A stretch of DNA of 64,000 nt from Eledone cirrhosa (Eukaryota): NCBI GenBank assembly GCA_964016885.1, contig OZ024742.1:252836001-252900000 (forward strand), in the 5' to 3' direction. Shown one piece after another: positions 24,007 through 37,290 of this stretch; position 1 is the stretch's first letter, and every line of letters begins with the position of its first letter. Under the pieces are notes generated by a model. It saw only the letters and a program-made list of their open reading frames with translations. It was not told the origin of the DNA and did no database searches. The position numbers were made by a program, and so were the translations under genes.

Positions 24007-24775
24007 AGGAGTTGACGGATCCAGCATATTTATCACTGCCAGGACCAGTTGTATCTCAACATACTCAATAGGCAATGTAAGATACATTCCCAGAGTATAC
24101 ACATAGTTATTCACTTCAATACAACTCATTATTATATATATATATATAGTCTATCAAACACACAAGTCTTTCATCACACATCTGTGACATCATCAGTGGT
24201 ACTATTATGTTTCCTCCCATTGTATTTTAATGTTTACTATTCTATTTTTTATTATACTAGTTAGTGTTTAAACAGTTTGTATTTCCTCAAAAAATTAAAC
24301 ATCTGCATTAAAGAAAAGCATATACAGTGAGAAGAGATATGTTGACATTTTAGCAACTATGTCTCTATTCTGAAAAGACCCATCCTACCTATGCAAGCAT
24401 GGAAAACATGGATGTAAAGCCATGATGATGATGATATTATATATATATATAATAACTCGCTGTATTGGTCCAGGCCATGAATATTTTTTCTGGAATCTGT
24501 ATGAATTAATGCTTGGCTTCCACACACTGGGTGCAGCACTTGCACTCTAGGGTGTGGGATGCAGGGAAGAAACCAACGATTATTGATTGGTGCAGGCTGA
24601 TTTATATAGCGCTTGCATATAACACCAATTTTACCATTGACTAACTAAATGTGTGCGCTCTGAATCACCGACCTTCACTTCGGAAATACAGATCCTGTGG
24701 AATCATTGAACAAGAGGGAAACTCAATTTGTCTAGTTTGATATACTTATATATATGTGTATATATATATATATAT

Positions 24776-25385
24776 ATCATCATCATCATCATCATCAACG
24801 TTTAACGTCCATGTTCCACGCTTGCATGGGTTTGGACGGGGGTAGTCCCACTTGAGGCAAGAGTGATTGTCTTGCTCGCATAGGACTGGCTGGCAGGTTT
24901 TCTACAGTTGGATGCCCTTCCTAACACCAACCACATTTACAGTGTGGGTCTGGGAGGTTTTTACCGTGTTGCCTACACGGCCACATTACAGCGTGGACTG
25001 TGTGTTTTTTTGTCGTGACACCTACACGATCTCATTTGTTTCGGCCTGGATGGCGCGGCACCAACATAACTTTACATAGAACGGGGTGGTGTGGATGGGG
25101 TGGGGGTGGGGGTGTGTGTGTGGGGTGGGGGGTGTATTTTGTTAGAGATGCCTACTGGCTGGAGTAGGTTTTACTATATATTTAGGTAAGGTGGGTCTTC
25201 TCTGTTACTGAGTACCGCCAAAGGTCTCGGTCCAGTGACATTGTCTTGGAGAGGTGTAAGTGTGTGAGGTCGGAGTTTATCAGCTCGTCCCAGGTTTTTC
25301 TAGGTCTGCCTATTCCGTGGCTACCGTCTATCTTATTGCCCTGCACTTTGTTATACAGCTATCGACTTTCATGCGCATCACGTGT

Positions 25386-25390
<5 letters not shown>
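24776..25390 (-). mobile_element. RTE LINE subfamily 2, short 5'-truncated copy
   Basis: Reverse complement of 26556-27158 with scattered substitutions; (TA)n on both sides. Confidence 0.95.
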
Positions 25391-25415
<25 letters not shown>

Positions 25416-25419
<4 letters not shown>

Positions 25420-26765
25420 ATCTAGATGAAATGCAGTTCGGGTTCGTGTCAGGAAAAAGTACCACAGACGCTCTTTTCATTGTACGACAACTACAGGAGA
25501 AGTACCTAGCTAAAAGTAAACCCCTATACTTAGCTTTCGTCAACTTGGAGAAGGCCTTCGACAGAGTCCCCCGTTCCATTATCTGGTGGGCTCTTAGAAA
25601 ACTAGGTGTTGATGAATGGCTTGTGAGAGCTATACAAGCCATGTATAAAGAAACAGTCAGCAAGGTTAGAATTAACAACGAATATAGTGAAGAGTTTAGT
25701 GTAAAAGTTGGTGTTCATCAGGGCTCTGTTCTTAGCCCCCTACTATTTATTATTGCCCTCCAGGCTATAACAGTGGAGTTCAAGACCGGCTGCCCATGGG
25801 AACTCCTATACGCAGATGATCTAACGCTCATAGCTGAATCAATGGCCGAGCTAGAGAAGAAATTCCAAACATGGAAGCACAGCCTAGAATCAAAAGGCCT
25901 TAAAATTAACCTGGCTAAGACTAAAGTTCTAGTTTGTAAGAAAGAAAATAAGGCGGCGGTCCCCTCCGGGAAGTGGCCATGCGCAGAGTGTAGGAAAGGC
26001 GTAGGTAGAAATTCCATTTTGTGTCCCAAATGCAAAGTTTGGGTGCATAAAAGATGTAGTGGGATCACAGGTAAGCTAACTAAGAACATAGATTTTACAT
26101 GTGGCCGGTGTTCTGGGGAAATAAGTAGCAGCAAGTGCCCACAAAATACTAGCTCTTTCAACTGCGCAGAGGGTTCTATAGAAATAGTGGACAGCTTCCG
26201 TTACCTGGGTGACAAAATCAGCAGTGGGGGAGGGTGCTCTGAAAGTACAGTAGCTAGAGTCAGAACTGGGTGGAAAAAGTTCAGAGAGCTTATACCACTA
26301 TTAGCCGCTAAAGGGTTCTCCCTAAAAATGAAAGGCAGGCTGTACGATGCCTGCATACGAACAGCAATGTTGCATGGCAGTGAGACCTGGGCATTATGTG
26401 CAGAGGATATACGCAGACTAGAGAGAAACGAAGCTTGCATGCTCCGCTGGATGTGTAATAGTAATATATGTGAACGACAAAGCATAAACGAACTAAGGAA
26501 AAAATTAGAAATAAGAGGGATCAGATGTTGTTTACTAGAGAGAAGGCTACGTTGGTATGGTCACGTGATGCGCATGAAGGACGATAGCTGTATAACAAAG
26601 TGCAGGGCAATAAAGATAGACGGTAGCCACGGAATAGGCAGACCCAGAAAAACCTGGGACGAGCTGATAAACTCCGACTTCACACACTTACACCTCACCA
26701 AGACAATGTCACTGGACCGAGACCTTTGGCGGTACTCAGTAATAGAGAAGACCCACCTTACCTAA
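25416..26765 (+). CDS. RTE ORF2 (partial): RT core, PHD-type finger and C-terminus
   Basis: GVHQGSVLSPLLF, LLYADD, CAEC-CPKC-HKRC-CGRC; the first catalytic Asp motif reads FVNLEKAFD (D to N). Confidence 0.92.
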
Positions 26766-27158
26766 ATACAAAGTAAAACCTACTACAGTCAGTAGGCATC
26801 TCTAACAAAATACACCCCCGTCCCACCACCCCACCCCATCCACACCGCCCCCTTCTATGTAAAGTTATGTTGGTGCCACACCATCCAGGCCGAAACAAAT
26901 GAGATCGTGTAGGTGTCACGACAAAAAACACACAGTCCACGCTATAAATGTGGCCGTGTAGGCAACACGGTAAAAACCTCCCAAACCCACACTGTAAATG
27001 TGGTTGGTGTTAGGAAGGGCATCCAACTGTAGAAAACCTGCCAGACAGTCCTATGCGAGTAAGACAATCACTCTTGCCTCAAGTGGGAATATCCCCGTCC
27101 AAACCCATGCAAGCGTGGAACACGGACATTAAACGTTGATGATGATGATGATGATGAT
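25416..27158 (+). mobile_element. RTE LINE subfamily 2, 5'-truncated
   Basis: Open ORF2 from IDLDEMQFGF to the stop at 26765, 3' UTR, (GAT)n tail, (TA)n flanks. Confidence 0.97.
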
Positions 27159-27164
27159 ATATAT

Positions 27165-28143
27165 AAATGTAAGTATGTATGTATACGTACATACATATAT
27201 GTATGCAGACGTACAGTAGTATGTATATATATACATACATGCACACATATATATATGTACGTATGGGTTTACCGAACATTTATTATAATGTTCGGTTTGT
27301 TTGTTTGTAAACAAACAAACAGCCCAAATTATGCCGTACAGTGTTCAGGCAACCATCAATGCCCTTTTGTTCAACACTGACACAGGAACGATGTACTAGT
27401 TTCAAGCTTATTAGCTATTGTCAGCATTGTATACCTTCCTGCCAGATGATTGAACGTCTGAAAGAATATACTTTCCTTATGCATCTTAACGGCTGAGCAG
27501 CCTAATTTGCATATCGAGTGAGTTAGTCGGCCGGGCGCACCGAAAACGATAAATGGAAAAGAATGAAACAAAATTTCATTTCTCATTCTTAGTACGGTTG
27601 ATACTTAAATGTAAGTATGTATGTATACGTACATACATATATGTATACAGACGTACAGTAGTATGTATATATATATACATGCACACATATATATATGTAC
27701 GTATGGGTTTACCGAACATTTATTATAATGTTCGGTTTGTTTGTTTGTAAACAAACAGCCCGAATTATGCCGTACAGTGTTCAGGCAACCATCGTCGCCC
27801 TTTTTTTGTACATACTACTGTACGTCTGCATACATATGTGTATGTACGTATACATACATACTTACATCGTTTTTGTGTCAGTGTTGAACAAAAAGGCGAC
27901 AATGGTTGCCTGAACACTGTACGGCATAATTCGGGTTGTTTGTTTGTTTACAAACAAACAAACCGAACATTATAATAAATGTTCGGTAAACCCATACGTA
28001 CATATATATATGTGTGCATGTATGTATATATATATACATACTACTGTACGTCTGCATACATATATGTATGTACGTATACATACTTACATTTAAGTATCAG
28101 CCGTACTAAGAGTGAGAAATGAAATTTCGTTTCATTCTTTTCC

Positions 28144-28149
<6 letters not shown>
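27165..28149. repeat. Complex direct plus inverted repeat (fold-back) element
   Basis: Unit at 27165 repeats at 27608; 27549-27807 is the reverse complement of ~27890-28149; internal palindromes; (TA)n flanks. Confidence 0.85.
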
Positions 28150-28182
<33 letters not shown>

Positions 28183-28210
28183 TATACATGTATACATATA
28201 TATATATATC

Positions 28211-28252
<42 letters not shown>

Positions 28253-28378
28253 GGCAGTGGATTGGCAGTATCAGTATTATTTATGAAACTTAGATAAGTA
28301 GCTATATGCCCCTTTTTGCCTCAGTATCTCATAGTAAGCATTCTACTGATGAAGAATTAGTGAAATCTGGAATACATA

Positions 28379-29865
28379 CAGGGTGACAAAAAGAAAAAAA
28401 ATGTCCTCATTTTTATTTTTGTTCACATTATTCATTCTTTTTACAGAAACTGATGAAACTTCGGATCTATTTAGTTCAAACCATAAAGAATAACATATCA
28501 ACAATTCATTATCTTGGTGAATTGGCAGTATTGGTAGAGGGTCAGACATGCTTTCCAGCGTAGTTACGTCCCTTTACGATCTGAGTTCAAATCCCGCCGA
28601 GGTTAACTTTGCCTTTCATCCTTACGGGGTCGATAACATAAAGTACAAGTAATACACTGGGTAATTGCTGGCCTTGTGCCAAAAGTAGAAAGAATTATCT
28701 TCTAATGTTTCTGTTCAGAGTTACTGCACATTTTCAAAGTGATCCCCATTTGAATCCATGGATTTTTTGAATGCATGGTCAAATTTAGCATAATGTCTTT
28801 ACAGTTCAGTAATGGTGCTTGGTTTGTTGACATACCTAATCCTTCAAATAGCTTCATAGAAAGAACTCTGAGGGCTTAAATCAGGGCTGTGTGAGACCTA
28901 CACATAATCAATGTTCAAACTGATCTCTCGATTCTAAAGTTATTTTTCAGCCATTCTCATGACTCATTAAGGTGTGAGGGCTTGCTCTATCTTGTGGAAC
29001 CAGAACTTATTTATTAGGGATGGGTACAGGGTCTGTAGCTCCTTTTTGAAGTCTTTCAGGACCTCCACATACTGTTCTTTTGTGACTATAGTGGTGACAC
29101 AATTTTCTTTGAAAGAGCCAATCAACCCACTCTCAGAAATGGCAGCCCAAAAGGTATATTTAGCCAAGTTGAGAAGTTTCAGAGCCACTTCAGTGGATTT
29201 CTCTGACCTCCAGAACATATTGTCCTTAGAGATGATCCTCCCCTCTAAGTGAAAGTAGGCTTCATCAGAGATCCAAAGCAGATTCAGAAATTTGGGTTGT
29301 TTTCCATCTTCTCCAGCATTTTCTCAGCTATAGCCTTACTCTTGGCCTTATCAGTTAAAGTAAGCCTTAGTCTGTATTCTGTAAGGGTACTTCGTAAGTT
29401 CTTCTTTGACAACCCTTCTACAAGTTTCTGTGGAGAGACCCAAGAATTAACTTCTGCACAGCAATTATTTGAGGCTCTGTTCAACAGATTCTCAGATCAT
29501 GTCAATAACTTCCTGTGCACGCTTCCTGGGTAATCGAGAGGGGATAGGATGTTCCTTAGATATTTTATTGAGGGTCTCCACTACTTCATAGGTCTCAAAC
29601 TTCTTCACCCAGTTTTGCATATTTGCTTTGAAGGGAAATTTGTCCATTCCAAAAATGCAGGAAATTGTTCCTGGATCTGCTTGTCCAAGTTACACTTATA
29701 GCAATGTTTCACACAGAAAAGCCAGTGCTGGATCTCCCTTTCATATCTTGTTAACTTCTCAGACGTTGAATCTGCAATGTCCTGAAATTTAAGGTTGATC
29801 AGTTAGAAAATGACTATACAGTGACACAAAAGGTGCGAGGGGCCAGTTGTTTTTGAGTCATCCTG
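28379..29865 (-). mobile_element. Tc1/mariner-superfamily DNA transposon relic (rosa/maT-like) with nested SINE M (28514-28695)
   Basis: TA|CAGGGTGACAAAAAG ... TTTTTGAGTCATCCTG|TA imperfect TIRs; minus-strand ISDEAYFHLEG, FWAAIS and HSPDLSP motifs with frameshifts. Confidence 0.85.
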
Positions 29866-30177
29866 TATTGAGATGATCTTAAATCAATGCTGAGATAGCT
29901 GTGATATGATCACAGCTTACATTACTCACCAGAAGACTATATGTATGTTTATTATACATAGACTTACTGTATATAAGTCCTACTTACACATGCATCAATT
30001 TATGTATTTTATATGAAGAACGTTTGCATTAAATATTCTCCTTTTACATAAAAATGTATTTGTGTGTATATTTAATCTTTTCTACAAAGTCTTCACATTG
30101 ATCAACTCAGAATATATGTTATATATGGCAGTAGCTATGTTCATAGTTATACACACACGCACACATATACGTATATA

Positions 30178-30219
<42 letters not shown>

Positions 30220-30609
30220 TATATATATGTATGTATATATACACACACACACAGACACACATACATATATATCATCATCACAGACATTAAACAATGACGA
30301 TGGTGATGATGATGATGATGATGATGATGATATATATATATATATATATATACACCTGTTCACTTCTGCATACATATGAATTATAGATAGACAGATAGAT
30401 ATGTAGGTAGGTAGAAAAATAAATAGATGAACATATATATACACACACAGATATGTGTTTGAATACATGACTAACCATAACTGCAACTGATTTCCTATAT
30501 ATACACTTCTATATACATATACACATATATATATACACAGACACATGTTTGGATGAGATTTTTCAATTCAGTCTATATATATATATATAAATATATATAT
30601 ATACATACT

Positions 30610-30640
<31 letters not shown>

Positions 30641-31409
30641 ATGTATATATATTATCTTATTGATTCAGGATGTTTTTTTTCCTTTCCAGATATTTTTGCA
30701 AATGCTGAAAGGAATATTGGAAAAAGTTAATTCTATATTAGCATCTAAATACAACATGTGTACACATACACACATACACACACATGCACACAAGCACACA
30801 TGCACACAAGCACACATGCACAAGCCTGCACATACACATGGATGCAGATGCCCATTTGCACATACTTGCAAACATACACACATGCACAGACAGGCATACA
30901 CACAAACATGCATGCTGATGCACACGTTTGCACATACACACATTCACAAGCTGTTCAAGATAATTGATTCCTAGAAACTTTTGAAGCTGGTGTTTTACCA
31001 TCATTTCTGTTTCATCTTGGATTTCAGACACTTTCCTTTTAGTTTTAAATGAAAACAATAAATAAAGTTCTTAATTGAAAGAAAATGATTTGGATTTGGC
31101 AAATGCCATATAATAATTATTCTCAGAAATATCCCCAAAGTATTTTCATTTTTGAAATAGTGTTACTGATTTTTGTACTTTTTTTATTTTTTATTTCTTC
31201 TATACATTTCCACATTTTTAAACAAGATTAAGGCAAGTACTTTTTTATTTTTTTAAATAAAATGTGAAAATTATTTTTTTTAAATTTATTGCTTGTTTTG
31301 CCTCATTGTGAAGTGGATTAGGGTGTTTGTTTTGTGTTTTGATTAATAGATTTATTACGTTGTTTGGTACAACTAAGTAACACAATCAGTTTTGTTTCTT
31401 TATATTATA

Positions 31410-32165
31410 CTAGAAGTCGTACCCAGCCTTACTTGGGTATATTTACCCAGTTGATACCAAACTGTCTGAAATCAACACAGACTCTCCAATAGGAAACTGC
31501 TTATTTTAAAATGTTTATATTTATCTAAAACATTTCGATCATAATTTTATGGAAGATCCTGTAAGCTATGCTCCAAACGCCACTTTAATATGAAAGTTAT
31601 TTCTCTTACTATATCCCTCCAAATTCTTGATTATTTTCAAGATTATTTGAAAATCAAGGCAGTGTCTTTCATATGAAATATGGAAATAAATGGGTTAATA
31701 CCTATTATGAATATAATCACATGAATTGACTACATTTTAGATAATTTTCAATTTGTCTGGGAATATTGGTTCATTTAGAATTGTTACATCAAAACCATCC
31801 AGAAAGTGGTTCAAATTGAGCTTCATAAAAATGCAGAAAAATAAATTTGTAGAGAATGTTAAGTAAAGATTTACTTTTACATAATTTTTTCTGGGAAAGA
31901 TGCTTTTTTTTTTCAAGATATTGTAATAATTTACATAATTAGTGTAAATTAATTTTCTTTTTATTCAGTAAACTGTTTCAAAACCTATTGCTGTACTTGT
32001 AGGTATTCAATATTCCTAGTTTTTCTGTCAGAAGCTAAAAAGATTAAATTTCACTTAAAGTCACATAATCTAAGACCTTCTAGTTGAAAAGATGTTCCTA
32101 TGCAAAATTTCAGCTTCCTAGGTGCAAAACAGTGGCTACAACTTGGAACATACATATATATATAT
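31410..32165 (-). mobile_element. Degenerate non-autonomous Helitron with nested P2-type MITE (~31445-31694)
   Basis: aCTAGaagtcgtACCCAgccttactTGGGT end resembles 20111; MITE ends in GGG|TTAA. Confidence 0.55.
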
Positions 32166-32167
32166 AT

Positions 32168-32376
32168 ATCATCATCATCATCATCGTTTAACGTCTATCT
32201 TCCACGTTAGCATGGGTTAGATGGGAATTGTCCCACTTGAGGCAAGATTGGTCAGGTGACCGTGTCTCACTTGTATAGGACTATCTGGCAGGTTTTCTAC
32301 GGCTGGATGCCCTTCCTAACACCAACCACATTTACAGTGTGGACCTACACGACCACGTTACAGTGTGGACTGTGTG
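32168..32376 (-). mobile_element. RTE subfamily-2-like 3'-UTR-only insertion
   Basis: (CAT)n tail plus ggctggatgcccttcctaacaccaacc; TA flanks. Confidence 0.85.
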
Positions 32377-32459
32377 ATATATATATACACATACAAACAT
32401 ACAAACATACATAAATACATCCATCCATCCACACATACATACATACATACATACATACA

Positions 32460-33070
32460 TGGTGGCTGCCAACTCGTTTTCGAGTACGGCCACTACTTTA
32501 TATCCATGTAGGAGAACCCCTACCGATGCGCTAAACAAGTGTGACTTTTTAGTCCAGCCAGCGACTTGAAAACTCTGGTACAAACACTACACCTGTGACA
32601 ATTCTTGACACATAGTGCTGGGCCCACGGCACCATGTGACGGCAAGTGCAGAGAGATCTCCAGATACAAAGCAATGCCTGTGCCGTGAAGCTTTTATAGT
32701 GAGCAAAGGCACTGCACAAAGCCAGTCTCACTCTCTTAACCAAGATGATATTTACCAAAAAGAAGAACAAGTCAACATCATTGGATACCATCAGGGTTGC
32801 AGGTGTTATATCAGAGTTTTCCTTCTCCTAGAATTCTGCCTTGACAAAGGCTAAGGGGGTCATTTCTCCCAGTGATTTTGGATGGCCATTGACTCTTAAG
32901 AGCTCCTTTTCCCTTTGACAAGTTTTGTTTTTAGTCCTGCAGGATGTCCAAAGTCACCCTCCTCACCAAGAAACCTTGGTGGGGTTGCCAGTTTAGTCGC
33001 CAACGACCCGACTATGAGACAGGTTGTACTGGGATACATGTTACCAGTAGCACCAACTGGTGACCTGACA
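32460..33070 (-). mobile_element. Unclassified retroelement fragment, 32790-33070 resembling an RTE 5' UTR
   Basis: GC-richer block between (TACA)n tracts; cagagttttccttctcctag...aaggctaa motif recalls RTE 5' regions. Confidence 0.4.
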
Positions 33071-33151
33071 TAGATACATACATACATACATACATACATA
33101 CATACATACATACATACATACATACATACATACATACATACATACATACAT

Positions 33152-34680
33152 ACCCATAACCTATAATTTCTTTGTGGATGACCTGAAACTCTATGCCAAG
33201 AACATAAATGGGATGAAGAAAAATCTTGACCTGATTACAACATTCTCAAAGGATATAGGAATGGAGTTTGGCCAAGATAAATGTTCATATATGACTGTAA
33301 AGTGGGGAAAAATAACAACCCAATCTAACAACATTTTTATCACCGATATCTGATGAGGACTGTTACAGATACCTGGGGATAGATGAGAATATATCCTATA
33401 ATGGTATTTGTAATAAGGAATGTGTAACCAGGGAATATTACCCTTGATTAAGAAAAATATGGTCATCGGAACTCTCTGCACATAATAAAACAGTAGCTCA
33501 CAATGTGTCTGATGTACCTGTCCTAACAGTACAGACAGCATTTGTATATTGCATCATATCCCTCTGACAACATTTACAAACCTCCTAACATAGGAGCCCA
33601 TCCATTGAGCAAGTCTATTTGCATGAGACAGATAAGATCATGAGAGTTGGGAAGGAACTCCTTGAAAGATAATCCCTGCATGATAATCAAAAGCTCACAC
33701 CCAGGGAAATTGCCCAGCAATACAACAGTGAATTCATGGATGAAAAACTGCATGCTTATCAGCAAAATTTCATGCATGGATATGTTGCCAGGAAGTTCCA
33801 GAGTGAGAGTAATATAGATAAACAAAGTAGTCTATCTTGGAGCAGCAACCGCTATATTGGCTCTCACTTTGAAGGATATGCATTTGCAATCCAAGAACAG
33901 GAAATCAACACAAAATACCTGATTCACAAAAGAGATAGAGATGCAGGAAAACCCCTTAATGCGACAACAAATGCTGACTCTGCAGAATTAACATCAAAGG
34001 TGTCACTCATGTCATAAGCAGCTGTCCAAAGATGTCATCACGGTACTATCTACCTGTGAAGCATGATGTAGTGGCCAAAACACTGTATAATGCAATCCGG
34101 AGAAAAGATAGCCCAGACAATAAACTCATGTTTAAGACATACACATACTTAATATGAAAGAGTACTGGTGGAATGTTCCAGTAAAAACCCCAATAAAATG
34201 CAAACATAAGAGAACAGATATAATTGTTTCTACTTTTGGTACAAGGCCAGCAATTATCCCAGTGTGTTACTGGTACTTTATTTTATCGACCCCGTAAGGA
34301 TGAAAGGCAAAGTCAACCTCGGTGGGATTTGAACTCGAACAGATATAATGATATGTGACAGGGAAAAGAAGGCTTGCACAGAAGTGGAAGTTAGCTTCCC
34401 AACAGATGTCGATATAATTTTAAAGATCAGGGGAAAGGAGAATATTTATGCAGAACTAATGAGAAATCTACAGATACTCCACCCTGACTAAACCTTCAGA
34501 TTTATACTTGTGATTATTGGAGCACTAGGATACGTTAGTAACTGCCTCTGTACAAATCTTGAGCAGCTATGCTTCACAGAAACAGAAAGAATACAACTAG
34601 TTAGGAAATTACAAGTACAATCCATTAATGGAACTGTAAAAATATGTAAAACATTCTAAAAATTCTGCATCTAATAACAC
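33152..34680 (+). mobile_element. Decayed R4/Dong-clade LINE (RT end, CCHC knuckle, restriction-like endonuclease)
   Basis: FVDDLKLYAKN, DIGMEFGQDKC, YLGIDE, FAIQEQEINTKY, HVISSCP, RTDI...EVEVSFP...KENIY, IIGALG; stops and frameshifts. Confidence 0.88.
34225..34336 (-). mobile_element. 5'-truncated SINE M inserted in the RLE motif
   Basis: Perfect 13-bp TSD GAACAGATATAAT at 34212-34224 and 34337-34349. Confidence 0.92.
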
Positions 34681-36017
34681 CATGTACACATGTACAGATA
34701 TAAAACATATGCACATTCACAAATACAACTCAAAACATACACATTCACACATACAACTCAAAACATACACATTCACACATACAATAACATCCATACCTGC
34801 ACACACACGCCTACACACACACATGCATACATATCTACAAAGTTGATGTTCGTCGAAAATTCAATGAAAGAGTCTTGTGTCTATGATAGAAACTGACTCT
34901 CTCTCTCTATTGGTAAACATTTATTTCTGAGTTAACCCATCCCATCCTCTCTCTCTCTGTCTGTCTCTCTCTTGCTCTCTCTTACTTGCTCTCTTTCCTC
35001 CTCCCCCCTATCTTGGTGAGAAAAATAGGGTATTCTTGGCTGGAAACCTTTGATCAGAAGTCTGCTTCATCATGGCTGCCACATTGCTAAACAACAACAA
35101 AGACAACAACTTTATTTTAGAGAGAACACTATTATAATTATTAATGAAATTGTAGTAGTACATTCTGAACTGTTGAAGTATAGTATGATTTGATTTAAAT
35201 GCAAGAATGATGATGGTAGTGATGATACATGTGATGATGGTGGTGGTGATGAGTGTGATGATGATGGTGTAGTGTTGGTGGCATCAGTGATGTCATCATC
35301 ATTACTTATTTTCCTTTATTAATTAGCCAAAAGAATAGGGAGAGCATCATGATATTTCAGGCTCTCCAAAATTTGGTGAAAATGGAGTTGATACTCAGTT
35401 TAAATTTCTATAGGTTGATATATGTCTAAGAAAAATAGGGTTAGATTTGAGAAACGTTAGAATGTCGGATAGAATGGTTTGCAGTGTTCATTTTGGTCAA
35501 TAACTAAGGTACCAGTCCAGTACTGGGGGGTCGATTCTTCCTCTATATCTCTTTCTCCCTTCCTCTCTATTACTCTCACTCTCTCTTCTTCTCAGGAAGA
35601 TATCAGATATGTTCAGACTTAGAAAGGAGATTGGTTTTGCCAGGTTTAAAATATTCAATATATGTATGTCATAACAGAGCATCAACAACTCAATCAGGAG
35701 TTACATACTAATACAAGGACGAGGGAGACATTGGGATATATGAGAAAGAAAAAGGAAGGAGCATTGAATGAAATTGGGCAAAAGTGATATGTAACTTCCT
35801 AATTCAAAGAGTCAAAGGCTGTTGTAATAGAAGACTCTCCTCCTTCTCCCCCTCAGCTGAAAATGCATACAAGCAGTAGCTGGGTGTTTAATCCTGTGTT
35901 GGAATGGTGTCCTGTTCAGAGAGGAGTCATGTACTCTCAGTCGCTTAACACCATGGAAACCAGGGTAAGCACCAGTCTGATAAGTCCATGAATTTGAGAC
36001 AGACATTAGAGTAGAGA

Positions 36018-36220
36018 AAGTAGTGGACTGGCAATATTGGTAGAGCATTGGAGAAAAATGCTTTGCAGTATTTAGTTACAACTTTCTATGCTCTGAGTTC
36101 AAATCATGTCAAGGTCATCTTTGCCTTTCATCTTTCTAGAGCTGATAAAATAAAGTACTGGTTAAGTCAGTATAATCAACTTTCCCCTTCCCTTTGATTA
36201 CTTGCCTTGTATCAGGATTA
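36018..36220 (+). mobile_element. SINE family M, old
   Basis: A/B boxes plus ctttgcctttcatc...gataaaataaagtac. Confidence 0.75.
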
Positions 36221-36644
36221 TTATGTGAGGGGAAGTTGCCACCAAATTTCAGAAGAGGATAAAAAAAATTGTGTACACCAAGTGAGTGTCAACAAATATA
36301 TAGCTTGAAGGGTAGAAAAAATAGTTTTCAGTTCCTTGACCTTTCATGATCAGAGATATTTAGCATTGAGTGACCTTTCTTAGTAAATCTATTTATTTTC
36401 AGCAACTATAAGAGCTGGGGAAATGTAGAATCAAGTATTTTATCCAGAAATACGATAAAATGCCTGTGTAGATTTTAATTTTCTGTCATCCACTCAGAAA
36501 TTTCCCTTCTACAGAATGACACATCTTGCTTGTTTAGAATGTCTTGAATTTTAAACATTATTCATAATGGTAAAATAACATTACAAATTATTTATAATTC
36601 TTACGAAATGGAAATATACACACAAATAATATATAAAATCATAT

Positions 36645-37290
36645 TCATCATCATTTTACATCTGCTTTTCCCTGCTTGCAAGGGTGGGACGGTTCCTTTT
36701 CAACACAGCATCTCTCCATTTTTCCCAGTCCTTCGTCATCTCCTCTGTGAGCTTCAGCAATCTGAGGTCAGCTCTCACCACCTCCACCCATGATTTTTGT
36801 GGTCTTCCTCTACTGTCTTCCTTCCACTGGGATTTCTTTGCACTTCTTTACCCAGCGGTCATCCTCCATGCACATCACATGTCTATACCAACACAGTCTT
36901 CTCTCCCACACACTATAGTTTATCCCTCTTATACATAGTTTCTCTCTCAACTAGTCTATGCTTGGTCTTTCACGCACATTAATATTGCACATCCATGCTT
37001 GCTTCATTTCTCTCCAGCCGTTGCTTATCTTATGCAGTTGCTGCCCATGTCTCACTAACATGCAGCATCGCGCATCTCACACAGGTATCATATAACCAGC
37101 CTTTAGTTCATAGGGTTAGGGTTAGGGTTAATATTTTAAATCATTTTGATTTTATATTTTTATGTGGCAGTGATAGATACATTTTTCAAATGCAGGTAGG
37201 ATCTATAGAGGTGGTTGATAGCTTCTGATACCTAGGTGATCAGATTAGCAAGGGAGGGGGGTGCTCCGAGGCCATAGTTTCTAGAATAAA
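36645..37290. mobile_element. Decayed RTE fragments (minus 36645-37105; plus 37190-37290)
   Basis: The plus fragment reads GSIEVVDSF*YLGDQISKGGGCSEAIVSRI. Confidence 0.75.

Noticed and set aside
25260-25415. N-terminal part of the 501-aa ORF
   Set aside because: Antisense of the inverted LINE copy plus (TA)n; fortuitous in-frame fusion.
28430-28500. Plus-strand exon after the ttttacag acceptor
   Set aside because: Lies inside the mariner relic; no donor.
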